64,000 nucleotides of DNA, taken from Spirogloea muscicola. Taxonomy: Eukaryota. Below the pieces are notes generated by a model that was not told where the DNA came from, did not search any database, and saw only the letters and a program-made list of their open reading frames with translations. The stretch covers positions 643,109-707,108 of the forward strand of contig WELB01000005.1 of the NCBI GenBank assembly GCA_009602725.1. Reading direction: 5' to 3'. Positions 51,901-64,000 of this stretch are shown here, piece by piece (within the stretch, counting starts at the first letter, position 1; every line of letters begins with the position of its first letter). The position numbers were made by a program, and so were the translations under genes.

Positions 51901-52552
51901 GAATGTAAATTCTTCTATGCAATGAAGGCCGATCCAACGATCCACCAACCCACCGATCAGATTGAGAAGCAGCAGCGTCTGTGGAAGATCAGATGGACAA
52001 GCGCAGGCGGTGAAGCGGAAGGTGCTTGCGGCCACCAAGAAAGTGTGGTCGGTGAGGGTAGGTGGAATCTCGCTCTGGGTTAAACACCTGGTGGGGCCAG
52101 GCTCTAAATACACACACCTGCCAGGGTGGCCGCCTGCCGCCGGCCCATCCGACACACAGAGCATTCACTGACGCGGACAATGAGCCGTCGCGTGGCGGAG
52201 GTGTTGACCGCTGACGACTGGCGCCACGCGCCGTTGTCTGCTCGTGACTCAGCGGGTCTACGTGAGTCAAGCCGGCATATCGGCCGCGTGGCAGGTTGTA
52301 GGAGCCCGGTGCCGGGGCTCTGCACGGAGTGACGCCGTATAGGCGTGAGGCGCGCGGCGTTCGACGTCATCGAAGGCAGGTCGAGCCAGATCAAGCCAAC
52401 TCTGGTCGGGCATAAGCTCACCACGTAGAAGAAGTGGGCCTACCATGAAGCGGTATTCGGGAAGGGAACTCCGGGTTGGGGCATGTAATGATGCTCCGAG
52501 GTCTTCTTACTTGATATCCCAGGCAATGTCTGCTTTCTCCTGCCCGCCTCCC

Positions 52553-54205
52553 AGAAGAAGTGGCTCTCCCAATGTGGGCAAGGGCTGTGAGAAGCGAAAA
52601 GAATTGACAAGGTTCGAAGGGGCCATACTACGAGCTAAGCAGCGACTGCGGGGCCTGAAGAGGCTGAGCCCAGAGCTGCAGGATATGCAGCTGGCCCTGG
52701 CCATGCTCACCAGAAGCATCGTCCAGCGGCCCCACTACCTTGCGCGGGCTACACCTCCCTGCCCCGCGGTGCTGGAGGCCTACGCCATGTTCGACACCGA
52801 CGTCATGGAGAGCGTGGCGGCCCTCATCCGACACTCGGGCTTCCTCGACTCGACAGCTGCTGTGCACCAGGCTGCTCTTCCACTCAGCCACGGCGGCCCC
52901 GGCTGCCGATCGCTCGCTCGCATCTGCAGGCCAGCGTACCTCGGCAGCTGGGCTCAGGTCGCCACGTCGGTGGCCCAGCGCTTCGTCCAGGATGGGCGGC
53001 CGATGCTGCAGCAGCCTGTGGTGACAACCGGCTCGTTGCCTTTTCAGGTGGCGCTCCGCTCCGCTCAACACGAGTTACTCGTGGAGCACCCAGCCCTCTC
53101 GGAGAGCGTGGTCCCGTTTGCGCACCTGGCCCACTCCATCGACTCGCGGGCGCAGGCGCAATACTTAGCGGAGGTCGACAAGGCGGCCCTTCACGGCCAT
53201 GCTGCGGCTCCTCCCTCCGACAGACGCGTGCGGCCATGCTCGGCTGCGGTCGGCCTCCTCCCCTTGCGCGGCAGCCTGGTTCTCCGCGCTCCCCGTCTAC
53301 GATGCACTCAGGAAGCCGGATGAACTTTCCGCACGGCAGTCCACCGCCTGCTGCACCTCCACCCGCCCTGTCTGCTAGGCGTGCTGCAGTGCGAGTGCGG
53401 CGAATGGTCGGCGGACCCGGCGAAGCTGGCGGCGCATGTCCTCCGCTGCGCCACGGGAGGTGAACGCACCGCTGCACACGACCTCCTCAGGGATGCCATA
53501 TTTGGCATGTTTGTGGAAGCCGGCTACACGGTGGCGATGGAAAATACTTCCATCATGCCAATCCTCCAGAAGGCCGACGGACTTCCACGCGCCGGGTCGA
53601 CTTGGTGGTCTCGACGCTGGGAGGCGGCGCGCGCATCATTGCAGACGTGTTCACCACGATGTAGCTCTCTACCTTGCGGGCTGGCCATGCTGCAGCGAAG
53701 GCCGCTCGCAGTAAGGCGGCCAAACACGCTGACCACCCGGCTGGAGACGAGCTCGTACCCCTGGCCGTGGACGTGCACGGGGCGCTCGGGTCCCCGTGGC
53801 TCGACCTGCTGGCCAGGCTTGCGCGGCGCACTGTGTCCCGCAGGCGAGGTGAGCCGGCTGACATCAATGCCGTTGGCTCGTAGGCCCAAGTATATCGCAT
53901 GCGATTGTAAGTCTCCCTCCAGCGGTCCATGGCCCACGCCTTGCATCTGCGTGCTGGCCGTGCTCTCGCTGCAGCCTCTGGCTTTCGGCAGGGGGAACGT
54001 TTTTCGGCAGCTAGTCTGTCGGATTTGAGGCTCCTCACTCGTAGCTACTGAGTGGTCCATCCTCCACCCGTTCTGACGTAGCATCTTCAGGCTCCTCCGT
54101 CATTGTGGCTTTAGGCCCCTCCGTCATTTGGCCCCTTCGAACCTTTCTCAAATTCTTTTCGGGCTGCTTCTTACAGCCCTTGCCCACATTGGGAGAACCA
54201 CTTCT
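52553..54205 (+). mobile_element. 5'-truncated CRE-type retrotransposon, family C (frameshifted), with an inverted family-C UTR at its 5' side
   Basis: QRPHYLAR, LPLSHGGPGCRS, AYLGSWAQV, CECG..HVLRC..HDLLRD, LVPLAVDVHG, terminal SLSDLRLLTRSY* and UTR ending CCACTTCT; minus-strand UTR at 52553-52665. Confidence 0.88.
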
Positions 54206-54219
54206 CTTTTTCCACCCCT

Positions 54220-55448
54220 CTCCGGCCGCTTCGCCCTAGAGGGCCGGCATGTTCTGGCACCTGCCATAGCCGGCAGCCGCATCGAGGACCCTGCCCTTTC
54301 AGTCTCTCCTTCACCGCCACAGGGACGACCGCCTCTGCTCATAACCTCCACTTTGCGGAGGGCCACGCAGGCTTTGTGGCGGGGGCAGGCTGTTCGAACT
54401 CAAGCGCACACTCCGCAGTACATGCACGCGGCGAACGAGCAAGCTGAAAGGAATACTCAAGGACGATGGACGTGGTCTTCCCCGGCCCCCTCACGTCAGC
54501 TCTCCGGCGGTGTCCAAGTGGTTACACGCTCGTCCTTCTTTTCCAGGACACTTTGTTCTGGACGGCAGTGCACCAACATCTCGGCCTTTCCTCCTTTTGC
54601 TAGGGTGGCAGTAACCAGTGCGAGTGTGGACACAATGCTAAATGTGAGATCTGCCTGGCTGCCGACATGCTTAGACATATAGAGAGCGGTCAGCCGTTCC
54701 CTCCCACACCCTAAAATGATGTGCTATGTATGGCATTAAATGCGAGGCCGTAGCACATATTGATGGAGGTGTTGGCCACAAAAAGCACGGCTAGCCGATC
54801 ATGCGGCATTGGGACGTTGTCACTTACCCCCGGAGCGTGGTGAGCGACAACGCCTCCTCCTTGACGTCGTACATGATTGACGCTTATGAAAGGGCACCCA
54901 CTTCGACTGTGCCTGGGTGGCAACAACCCAAGCGGAGCACAATATGAGGAAGGCAAAAAATGGACCATCCCCGAGGGGACCCTTCTAGCCTTTCCTTTTC
55001 CAAGTCGTGCTTGATGGTCCTTCACGCCGGTAAGGGTGCGGAAGTGGTCCTTCCTCCTGCAGCATCTGGCCCAGTTGGTTGACACGCGTCGCTGTAGGCG
55101 CGAGGCAGGTTGTGGCATACTAGCATTCCGCAGGCGTTAATTGCATGTGAACCACATGCGGCTTTCACACTCCCAAGCTTTGGCCTTACATTGCGTGCTG
55201 GGCCTGCACTAAGCAGGCCAATGGCTTCCATAGGGGTGCGCTGGATACCCAACTTAGCCTGACTATCTTGTGCATGCTCACTCGTGGGCATGCTCACTGA
55301 TGTCTCCCTTCAGCCGGCTTTTGCACATAACCCTTTAGCCCCCTTGGCTTTGCTCTCTGTAGCCGCATTGAATGCACTTTTTGTGGCTGAACAGTGTGCT
55401 TGCTTAAATTGGCCTCCCTATCGTTGCATGCGCACCACGCGCACCTTC
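54220..55448 (+). mobile_element. Old, degenerate CRE-type copy with family-D-like 3' end
   Basis: RFALEGRHVLAPAIAG (cf. RFIRRGQPVLAPAIAG at 3305), remnant QCECGH, RRLDVV, and terminus GCGCACCACGCGCACCTTCT. Confidence 0.65.
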
Positions 55449-56079
55449 TCCCCTTCAGACACTTCTGACAGCTCAAGCCGCGCGCAAGAAAGAGAAATTG
55501 ATCTTCCAAGAGAAGGTGAGGGCTCTGACAGGCCAACCCAAAGTAGAGTGGACACGGCCAAAGGAGAAGAAGGAGAGGCAGTACAAGAACAACGTCTGGA
55601 AAGACGGCTCCATTTGTGTGCTTGACATGCAAGGCAGTTACAGCAACAGGTGATCCTCCCTACTTTAGCATCTTGCGCATATTGACTACCGTCGCAGTAG
55701 TGGGGGGGGCAATAGGGCTAGTCATGCGTACCGCAGGTGTCAGGTGCAGGCTACAGGATGTGGCTTTCGCTAAGCCTGCAGGGCTCGCAAGCCTTGGCCC
55801 TTCATAGCTCGCTGACGTGCCCTTAGTCAGGCCACTGGCTTCCATGGCTGCGCTCCGGCTCCCCAGATTAGTATGCCCGACTTGTATTTATGTGGGTGGT
55901 AAAGCCCTCCTCCAGGCGTGCTTTTGCTTATCGTCCGTAGCACCTCTTAGCCTAGGGTGGGTCTCGGTTTGTGTAGCCTTTCCTCTTCTTCTTTGCAGAA
56001 AATTTTGCCTATCGCATATGCACCGCGTGCCTTCTCTTTTGTGTAGTGTTCCTTTCTCTTCCGGAAAGGGGCTCTTCCA

Positions 56080-56530
56080 AAGGAGTGGATATCCCAATGG
56101 GGGCAAGGGCTGTGAGAAGCCAGCCCAAAAAGAATTGACAAGGTTCGAAGGGGCCAAAGTACGAGCTAAGCCCGAGAAGAAGTGACAAGGGCCGAAGGGG
56201 CTAAAAAGCGCTTTCCCAAAACTTTCCCTATAGTATGCTCACTTAGTAACCTCCACTTAGGAGCCGCAAGTCAAAACGACCAGCCGCCGGAAAGCAATTC
56301 CCTTGACGATAGCCAGAGGCATGCAGCTAGAGCACCGACAGCACGCATATGCAAGGCGCTGGGCTATGGACCGCTGGAGGGTTATAGACAGCCCATGCGA
56401 AACACCTGCGCTGGCGAGCCAGCGGCATTTTCCAGGTTGGCCTTTCACAACATTGCCCTCTTTGAAAGAGCTCCTTATTCATCTTCAAAGAATGCTGGCC
56501 GTGACCTGGCTGCAGCCTTGGGCCCCTAGG
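56080..56530 (-). mobile_element. Degenerate CRE C-terminus with family-C-like UTR
   Basis: LSITLQRSIAQRLAYACCR-type segment, TAAGTGAGCATAC after the stop region, and the reverse complement of the family-C hairpin module. Confidence 0.6.
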
Positions 56531-57529
56531 CGGGCCGGCTACTTCCCGGCTTGTCCTTTGGTTTGGGCTGGCTTATCACAACCCTAAACCCTCAAACATC
56601 GCATCTGTTCAGGGAAGCTTCTTATTGTCCGGCTGCTATTTCTGACTGGCGGCTGCTACATATGCTTCTTGTCTTAGGATTCCCATCTACAAAAATAGGA
56701 TACGGTTCTTATAGGGTTATTATGAGAGGCTATCCTAGTGCTTGCTCATTTTCTTACGTCTGACTCACCAGAAGTACTTTGTTTAGGAGATCCTTGCACA
56801 GCCTAGTCATCGCCCCTCTTGGAAGAGAAACATCTCTTTCAAGTGGCGGCAATGGCGGTGAGACGCCAAGCTCCATAGTAGTTGGCCGAGGTCTCCAGGA
56901 AATTCCCCTGCAGAAAGTATGGAGTATTTCTCAGTGCACTCTTGGAAAGATGCACCTGCTACAAGTCGCTACTTCGCGTTTTTCACTCAACAACCTCAAG
57001 CTGCACCAATTAGCAGCAGGGTATGCTACGCAAGACTGTGGTCTTCCAATTAGGGCGGTCGCTATAATGGGGCCGCCTTAACAGAGGCGTGACGTCTACA
57101 AAGTGGCCCAATACAAAAGGCCAAAGCCGCGCAGCAACAAGCGCCTGCTATGCATAGCCCCTAAGCAACCAATTTTCTGGCTTCGCCTAACTAGAGTCGT
57201 GATTGGTGCGACTAAACGCTCAATGACCTCGAATTAGTGCGGAGTAAGCAGAGGGTGAACAAGCGTCGCCAACCCCCCGAGTCCTCCTTCCCGCCAGTAG
57301 CTCAAAAACTTGCTCTTCCCAAGGCGGCAGTTGATGGCTGCTGAGAGAACTGTTCATTTTGTTCATGCTTTTTGGGCTGGCCTCTAACGAGGTCACTGAG
57401 AGAATTATCCTCCATGGTACTTGCTTTCTAAGTCATGTCTTTCGGCACTCCCGGCCATCCGGTGCTCCAACACATGGATGATTAGTACCACGCAGGATTA
57501 AACTTAGTAGCCCTTAGTAGCGCTTTTCT

Positions 57530-59000
57530 GGCCCGTTTGAAGTTCGTTCATTCTTCTTTCTTGGCTGGCCGATCACCGCTTCTTTTTCCCCGGCCCCTCT
57601 TTTCTATGGGCGAGCACTTCCTGTTTTGGGCTGGCTTCTCACAGCCCTTGCCCCCAGCCACTTACTTTCTGATCAATGCACCGCCCCTACTGGAAAAAAA
57701 AAATAAAAAAATTTGGAAGAGGTTTCCTCTAGTTAGCAACTGCAAGTCAGATTAAGTAGCCGCCGAGAAAGTATATAAACCATCACAGAGAAGACCGTAA
57801 ATGCACCCACGCCACCACCCAGACGAGGATCTCGTCGAGGCAGACGGGCGGGAGGCAGCGGCGCCGTTGCGTGCCGCGGCCACGTCGGCCGGGCGCGACC
57901 TGGCTCAGTGCCCCGATTTGAAAGAAGAAGTGGCTCTCCCAATGGGGAGAAGAAGTGGCTCTCCCACTGGGGGCAAGGGCTGTGAGAAGCCAGCCCGAAA
58001 AGAATTGACAAGGTTCGAAGGGGCCAAACTACGAGCTAAGCAGCGACTGCGGGGCCATGGCAGAACGGGGGAGGATGACCACTCAGTAGTTACAAGTGAG
58101 GAGCCTCACATCGAGAGAAGTGCGCGCCCATAGAGAAGAGGGGCTGGCAAAGCCAGCTCAAAAAAGAATGGACAATGTCCAAAGCCAAAGAAAGAGGAGC
58201 CGGAGAAAGTACGAAGAACAACAAGCACCACATCCGACAGACTAGCTGCCGGATTGGAAAGGCTCCCCTTCTGCCATAGCCTCTTCAGGCCCCACAGTCG
58301 CTGCTTAGCTCGTAGTTTGGCCCCTTCGAACCTTGTCAGTTCTTTTCGGGCTGGCTTCTCACAGCCCTTGCCCCCATTGGGAGAGCCACTTCTTCTTCAG
58401 GCTGCTGCTTGCTTCTGTGTGCTTTTCCCCTTCGTAGCTGCTTAGCTCGTAGTTTGGCCCCTTCGAACCTTGTCAATTCTTTTCGGGCTGGCTTCTCACA
58501 GCCCTTGCCCCCTTTTTGGGAGAGCCACTTCTTCTTCTTCTTAGCTCGCAGTCTGGCCCATTCGAACCTTGTCAGTTCTTTTCGGGCTGGCTTCTCACAG
58601 CCCTTGCCCCCATTGGGAGAGCCACTTCTTGTTTCCCTGGCCCCTTCGGACTTTGTTAATTCTTCTTTCTGGGCTGGCCTCTCCCAGCCACCCTCTCTTG
58701 AGGGTGGCTGGTCCGTCTCCCTCCAGCGGTCCATGGCCCACGCCTTGCATCTGCGTGCTGGCCGTGCTCTCGCTGCGGCCTCCGGCTTTCGTCAGGGGGA
58801 TAGTTTACCGGCAGCTAGTCTGTCGGATGTGAGGCTCCTCACTCGTAACTACTAAGCGGTCCATCCTCCCCCGTTCTGCCATAGCCTCTTCAGGCCCCGC
58901 AGTCGCTGCTTAGCTCGTAGTTTGGCCCCTTCGAACTTTGTCAATTCTTTTCGGGCTGGCTTCTCACAGCCCTTGCCCCCATTGGGAGAGCCACTTCTTC
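57530..59000. mobile_element. Dense cluster/array of CRE 3' ends, mostly family C
   Basis: Family-C modules on - at 57925-58110 and on + at 58265-58395, 58435-58535, 58540-58630 and 58715-58998 (with SLSDVRLLTRNY*); family A on - at 58115-58210. Confidence 0.88.
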
Positions 59001-59275
59001 TCTTGAAAGCGTCTTCCTTCATAAGGCTCTTCCACTGAGCTACGTCCGCGTGAACCAGCAGTAGCTGCGCTTCCAAAGGGGGACGGACATCCAAATGGGG
59101 ACCTCCAGGCGTCACCCATCCCCCCCGCATGCCGGGCCAGAGGGGCCAAATTGTCACGGCTGCGAGGTGTACATGCGACCCCGCCGCCGCGGAGGCCCCC
59201 CGCCATGCCGCAGCCTCCGCCGGCGCAGCCGCCGCCGCCGCCGCCTCGGTAGGCGCCCCCGGCTGCCGGAGCGCG

Positions 59276-59351
<76 letters not shown>

Positions 59352-59352
59352 N

Positions 59353-61855
59353 GGGCGCACGCTGGACGCGGCGCGCTTCCTGCGGCGCGCCGGCAGCTCG
59401 CGGCTGCTGCGCGAGCAGTCGGTGCTGGTGCGCGAGACGGCGGCGGAGCACCTGGAGGAGCGGCAGAGCGACTGGGCCTACTCCCGCCCCGTCGTCGTCC
59501 TGGACCTCGTCTGGAACTTCGCCTTCGTGGTCGTCGCCTTTGTCGTGCTGGCCCTCAGCAAGGCGGAGCGCCCGCCCACGCCGCTGCGCGTCTGGATCGT
59601 CGGCTACGCCGTCCAGTGCCAGCTGCACATGGTCTGCGTCTGGTTCGAGTACCAGGTGAGCGGCGCCCCAACCCCCCCCCCCCTTCTGTCGTAGCCAACG
59701 GTCTTCAGCTTGTGAAGCCGCTTTCCTCTTCTACATCTTTCCAAACGCAGCGCCTGAGAAGGCCAACGACGCTTGCGCCTGAGAAGGCCAACGACGCTTG
59801 GGGCCTGGCTCCATGCGCTGTTTGATTTCTGCCTTCGTCATTAGTCGCTTGTATTGATTCGGGTGCTGCATCGATGAGTGATGAGAGCTTGGTGTGTCTC
59901 CTTGTTATTTGTTGGGAAGGATGCTGCGGTTTACTCTGTGTAGCAGTTGCCCAAGATTGTAGTACTTGCCATGCTGACAAGCCTATGGGCTCTTGTGGGG
60001 CTGCAGAGGAGACTGCAAGCAGCTGCAGCGGCAGCTTTGAGTGAGAGCCCAAGCTCATCAGCACGAAGAAGCCAGCTGCCGACCTCGGGGCCTGCAAGAG
60101 GGGAGCTCTCTTCTTCTGGGGAACGGCTGAGCTTGACTAGCGAGCGTGACCATGGGAGCCAAGGGGACCGGGACTTGGAGGCTGCAGATTTAGACGAGAG
60201 TGGAGAGTCTGAGGACGGCCAGAATGAAGAAGCCGCAGAAGCTACTAGGTGCGGAGCCTGGCTAAGGAGGGTAGTGCTTCGAGGTTATTGACATTTGCAT
60301 GTCATAAGCAGCACTTGTTACTTATTTGTGCCGAGTGTGCCAAAAGCGCCTCTCTCCTCTTCAATTTGTAGGAAGTTGCCTGACTTCTGTACTGTTGTTC
60401 TTTGCAGTCTTGCCAAGCGACTTGAGTCTGCAAACACCATGTTCTCTTTTGTGTGGTGGATAGTGGGCTCTTGCTGGATCACAGCCGGCGGCTCCGCTGT
60501 CACCCAGGACTCGCCCATGCTTTATTGGTGAGTGTCTATCTCAGTTTGCACTTGGATATAACTTGCTTATCTTACCCAAGATTGTCCAGGGCACATGCAG
60601 CCCTCCTATGCAGTACAGTCATAGTGGGCCAGTGACCTGCAGTGTTTCATTTGTGCTTACTTCATGTGGACCTCATCTAGTCCCACTTTATCTCGCTTCA
60701 TGTTCTTTTGCTCTGGACGGGAAGGCATACGAGATAAAACAAAGTATGTGCTCAACATTTTCTGCAATTTAGATAGCTTGTGGATTGAGGGTTCAGGGTG
60801 TATGAGTTACGGGTTTAGGGTGAGCATTGCTACACTTTGTTGTGTCTAGGTCTTAGCTAGTCTGTTAGTAAGGCATGAGTACTGCCACCTCACATCTTGG
60901 CCCTTGTCCTGGTTCGCAGGCTCTGCGTGGTGTTCCTGGCATTTGATGTCTTCTTCGTCGTGTTCTGCATGGCCTTGGCCTGCGTGATTGGCATTGCTGT
61001 CTGCTGCTGCTTGCCCTGCATCATCGCTTTCCTGTACGCGGTTGCGGACTCGGTGCGTATGTGCCCCACGCTCCCACTTTGACGAGTACAGGAAGTTGTC
61101 TGTGGTTGCTGGGCTTGGTGAATACTACTGTTACTGCTGCCACCCTGTCCCGAGCCCCCATTGAGCAGCTTCTGAGCTAACAACAACTCTTTCTGTCGTG
61201 GTGCAGGAAGGAGCGTCTGAAGATGTCATCAGTGCACTTCCCAAATATGTGTTTAGGAGGTTGCAGTCTCCAAGTGCAGACAAGGAAAAGGCTGCTCAGG
61301 CTGGAGGAATCCTTAGCCTTGTGAAAGACGAGAACACTACAACAGAGGAGCGAACTATGTCTGCAGAAAATGCTGTAAGTATTTGTCCCATGCCTTGTTC
61401 TTGTGAATACTTCACCGCAACAACTATACACTCCCCCTGGTCAACATATTCTGGCCTTCTTCGTGAACCTTGTTAACCTTCACATGGCAGAGAGTGCTCC
61501 TTGAGTCCTCTCTGACACTCTATTCCTTGCTGACTATCACATTGTGCACTGTCAAGTCACTGTCAAGGAAGAACCCTCTAGTCTGATAGTGGACCATGTC
61601 GTCGTCCTCACTGGTGGAACACACCCTTGAATTCTGCAGGAATGCTGCATTTGCCTCTCTCAATATGAGGACGGGGCAGAGCTGCGAGAACTACCTTGCT
61701 CGCATTACTTCCACTGCATCTGCATTGACAAGTGGCTGCGCATGAATGCAACTTGCCCGCTCTGCAAGTTCAATGTTGTTCACGACAGTGCTGGCCCTTC
61801 TCCTGATGTAGTTGAGGAACCTCCGGCAGCAGCTGCAGGTTCCGACAATGTCTGA
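59353..61855 (+). CDS. Membrane-anchored RING-H2 E3 ubiquitin ligase (RIE1/At4g11680-like), multi-exon; start obscured by a poly-T artefact
   Basis: [87 protein letters not shown] and a terminal [42 protein letters not shown]. Confidence 0.94.
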
Positions 61856-62399
61856 GATCCTTTCAAGCCAAGTTGACACGACCTGTTGACCATTTCTGCC
61901 GTCTCGTCTGCCCCTGCTTGTGCTTGCTTGTCAAAGTATATTGTTGACCACCCTGAGCGTCCTCTATTATTTCATCTTCATGTGCCATGTCGAGATTTGA
62001 GGCCATGCTAGATTGTCCTGGTCAGTCATCAGCACTTACTGTACCATGGACCCCTTCAAAGAGCTAGTTCCATGACTGTAGCTGCAACTCGTATTGCAGA
62101 GACTTCTCGGCAGAGTTGTGTTGAGATGATTGCACTAGCATAGGCCCTTGGTGCTCCCTGCTACAAAGACTATGCCCAACACTCGTTGTGCCCAGCGTGT
62201 GTGCCGCTCTTGCTGTCTATCTCACGGTGTACAAGATTTCAACCATGTGAAATCGTCACACATTGTGTCCTGTAAAAGGCCAGTCACAGTCGCACGACGC
62301 TGGCCTCGAGTGTGCTGACAATCAAGTGTGCAGCGAGGATCCAGGAGCCTCCTTGGTACCCTTTTCTGAGCAAATCAGAGGGACTAAGTAGGAAAAGCA

Positions 62400-62790
62400 G
62401 GACTGTGGCTGAGACACACAAGCAGCTGCTAGGCCACCACCAGGTAGAGCACGGCCAGCACGCAGATGCAAGGCGTGGGCCATGGACCCCTGGAGTGATA
62501 TGGACAGGCGCATGCGAAACACCTGCGCTAGCGAGCTAGCGGCATTGGTGTCGGCCTGCTCGCCGCGAAACTGCGGGACACAGCGCGTCGCGCAAGCCGG
62601 GCCAACAGAGGTCAAGCAACTGAGACCCGAGAAACCCGTGCACATCCAAGGCCAGTGGGGCGACAGGGGGTATTGAGCACCCAGTGGCCACTTGACTCGC
62701 TATGTGCTTTGAGGCTTTTCTGGCCCCTTCCGAACTCGGCATATTCTATTTCGTCGGCTGGCCAATCACAGCCATCGCCCTGAACTGGCA
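62400..62790. mobile_element. CRE endonuclease fragment (-) joined to a family-F 3' end (+)
   Basis: Minus: PLALDVHG..., LAQVFRMRLSISLQGSMAHALHLRAGRAL; plus: GY*-GAGCACCCAGTGGCCACTTGA...GGCTGGCCAATCACAGCC. Confidence 0.7.
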
Positions 62791-64000
62791 GGGTCGTTCT
62801 CCCGTTTGATATCAGCGGCGCAGTCTGTCTTCCTTTGCCCCCAATGCAACCTCGCCCGATAGTCCCCCTGCGCCTGCGCGCCTGCAGCCCGCCATGGCGG
62901 CGCGCGGCGCGTGGCTGCTCGCGCGCGCCNCACCGCCGCCGCCGCCGCCGTCGCCGCCTCGGCGCTGCTCACAGGTCCGCCCCTCGTCCGTGCCCGCTGC
63001 GGCCTCCCTGCTGCCGGCATACCCTGCTGCGCAGTCCATGTCAGAGGGCTGTGCTGATGCCGGCTGCGGAGGCGGCAGCAGCAGCCGACGCTGCCAGCCG
63101 AGGCAACAGCTGCCCCTCCTTGGTCTCGCGCTTCCATCTCTCAACGCTGACTCCCCTGCGAAAGCCCCTTGTAGTGTGACACACGCGGCCATTTGGCAAA
63201 TTCACATGAAGATGGATTGGCGTGGCTTCCGCGTCGGTGAGCTCGTCAGATAGAGCCATCTGTAGCCCCTTCACTGTAGTCGCACGCGCTCGCGTAGCTT
63301 AGCATTGAGTCGCTGGCCCTGATTTGCCCCATCCACGGAACTACCATGGGCTTTAAGACACCAGGAGACAGGAAGTGGCTGGACATAAATTGGTCAACGT
63401 CGTCGCCCTGCATACTGACGTTGTCCACTTGATAGCAATTGCTGCTCGCAATGGCTACTCCATTCACATTCTCTTTGCCAGTACCTTGGCAGCTGTGTGT
63501 CTATAGTGAGCCGAGAGCCTGCATTCATATGGACGCCCTCTGTTTCTGCGGCAAAGGCTTTGACGCATCTAAGTCCAACGCCTTTGCCTGCTTGGCATCC
63601 GTACTGATATTTTGGCTCGTGAAGGGGGCTATTTGAGGTTCAACCCAGGGCTAAGTTGCTCAAAGAAGCACACGGTCCGACACGAACTGACCACGCTGCC
63701 GTCTAAGAAGGTCATTCATATGGTCAATCACTGCAAGTAATCTGTCGGGCCGGTAACGGTGTTCTGAGGAGGGGTTTGGTTGATGACCACAATTGCAGGC
63801 GGCCACAAGCACCCTCCGCCGCGCGTGTTGATTGTGCTAGCAGAGGAGTTGCCGCCGCGCCATACACAGCTGGATGCTCTCCGCGGCAGCAGGTACTATC
63901 TCAGCTCCCCGCAGAGGTTGCCAATTGCCTACTAAGGTTCTGCACAGCAATGCAGAGCTTGGCTTTGCCCCTAAATGACACAGTGAGCAGTAGATCCTGA

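Noticed and set aside
57949..58030. HDV-like or hammerhead ribozyme in the antisense of the 3' module
   Set aside because: I could not fit the nested P1-P4 topology or find the CUGANGA/GAAA cores by eye; only a hairpin and a possible pseudoknot are supported.
57925..58998. CRISPR-like appearance of hairpin-containing repeats
   Set aside because: Units vary in length and orientation, have no unique constant-length spacers or cas genes, and are demonstrably retrotransposon 3' UTRs in a eukaryotic context.
59278..59352. Poly-T run ending in N at the RING gene 5' end
   Set aside because: Same artefact pattern; not treated as biological.
62894..64000. Possible gene near the window end
   Set aside because: Open frames on both strands, but I could not assemble a consistent exon chain or recognise a domain.

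Overview
Eukaryotic, GC-rich genomic DNA with spliceosomal introns and three N gaps. Gene content (EXORDIUM-like, RIE1-type RING, cNMP-domain acyl-CoA thioesterase) suggests a streptophyte, probably a charophyte alga; this is inference. Host genes: AP-3 sigma and ELP1 (head-to-head), EXORDIUM/PHI-1-like, a coiled-coil orphan, a GNAT acetyltransferase, FolD and an ACH2-like thioesterase (head-to-head), a small secreted Pro/Cys protein and a RING-H2 ligase. Intergenic space is packed with 5'-truncated copies of at least six families of CRE-type non-LTR retrotransposons (RT, Zn knuckle, restriction-like endonuclease). Their ORFs share a conserved C-terminal ...LTRGY* peptide. Five families share a 3'-UTR GGCTG...CAGCC hairpin, four end in CTTCT with no poly(A), and the copies nest into each other. 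At about 16.8-19.2 kb lies an intronless, decayed island with the C-terminus of a B-family DNA polymerase convergent on a very divergent RNA polymerase largest-subunit fragment, probably an endogenised giant-virus (NCLDV) relic. A TTA-flanked PIF/Harbinger-type MITE is confirmed by an empty site in the same window. All alignments were done by eye; boundaries of repeats and degenerate elements are approximate.
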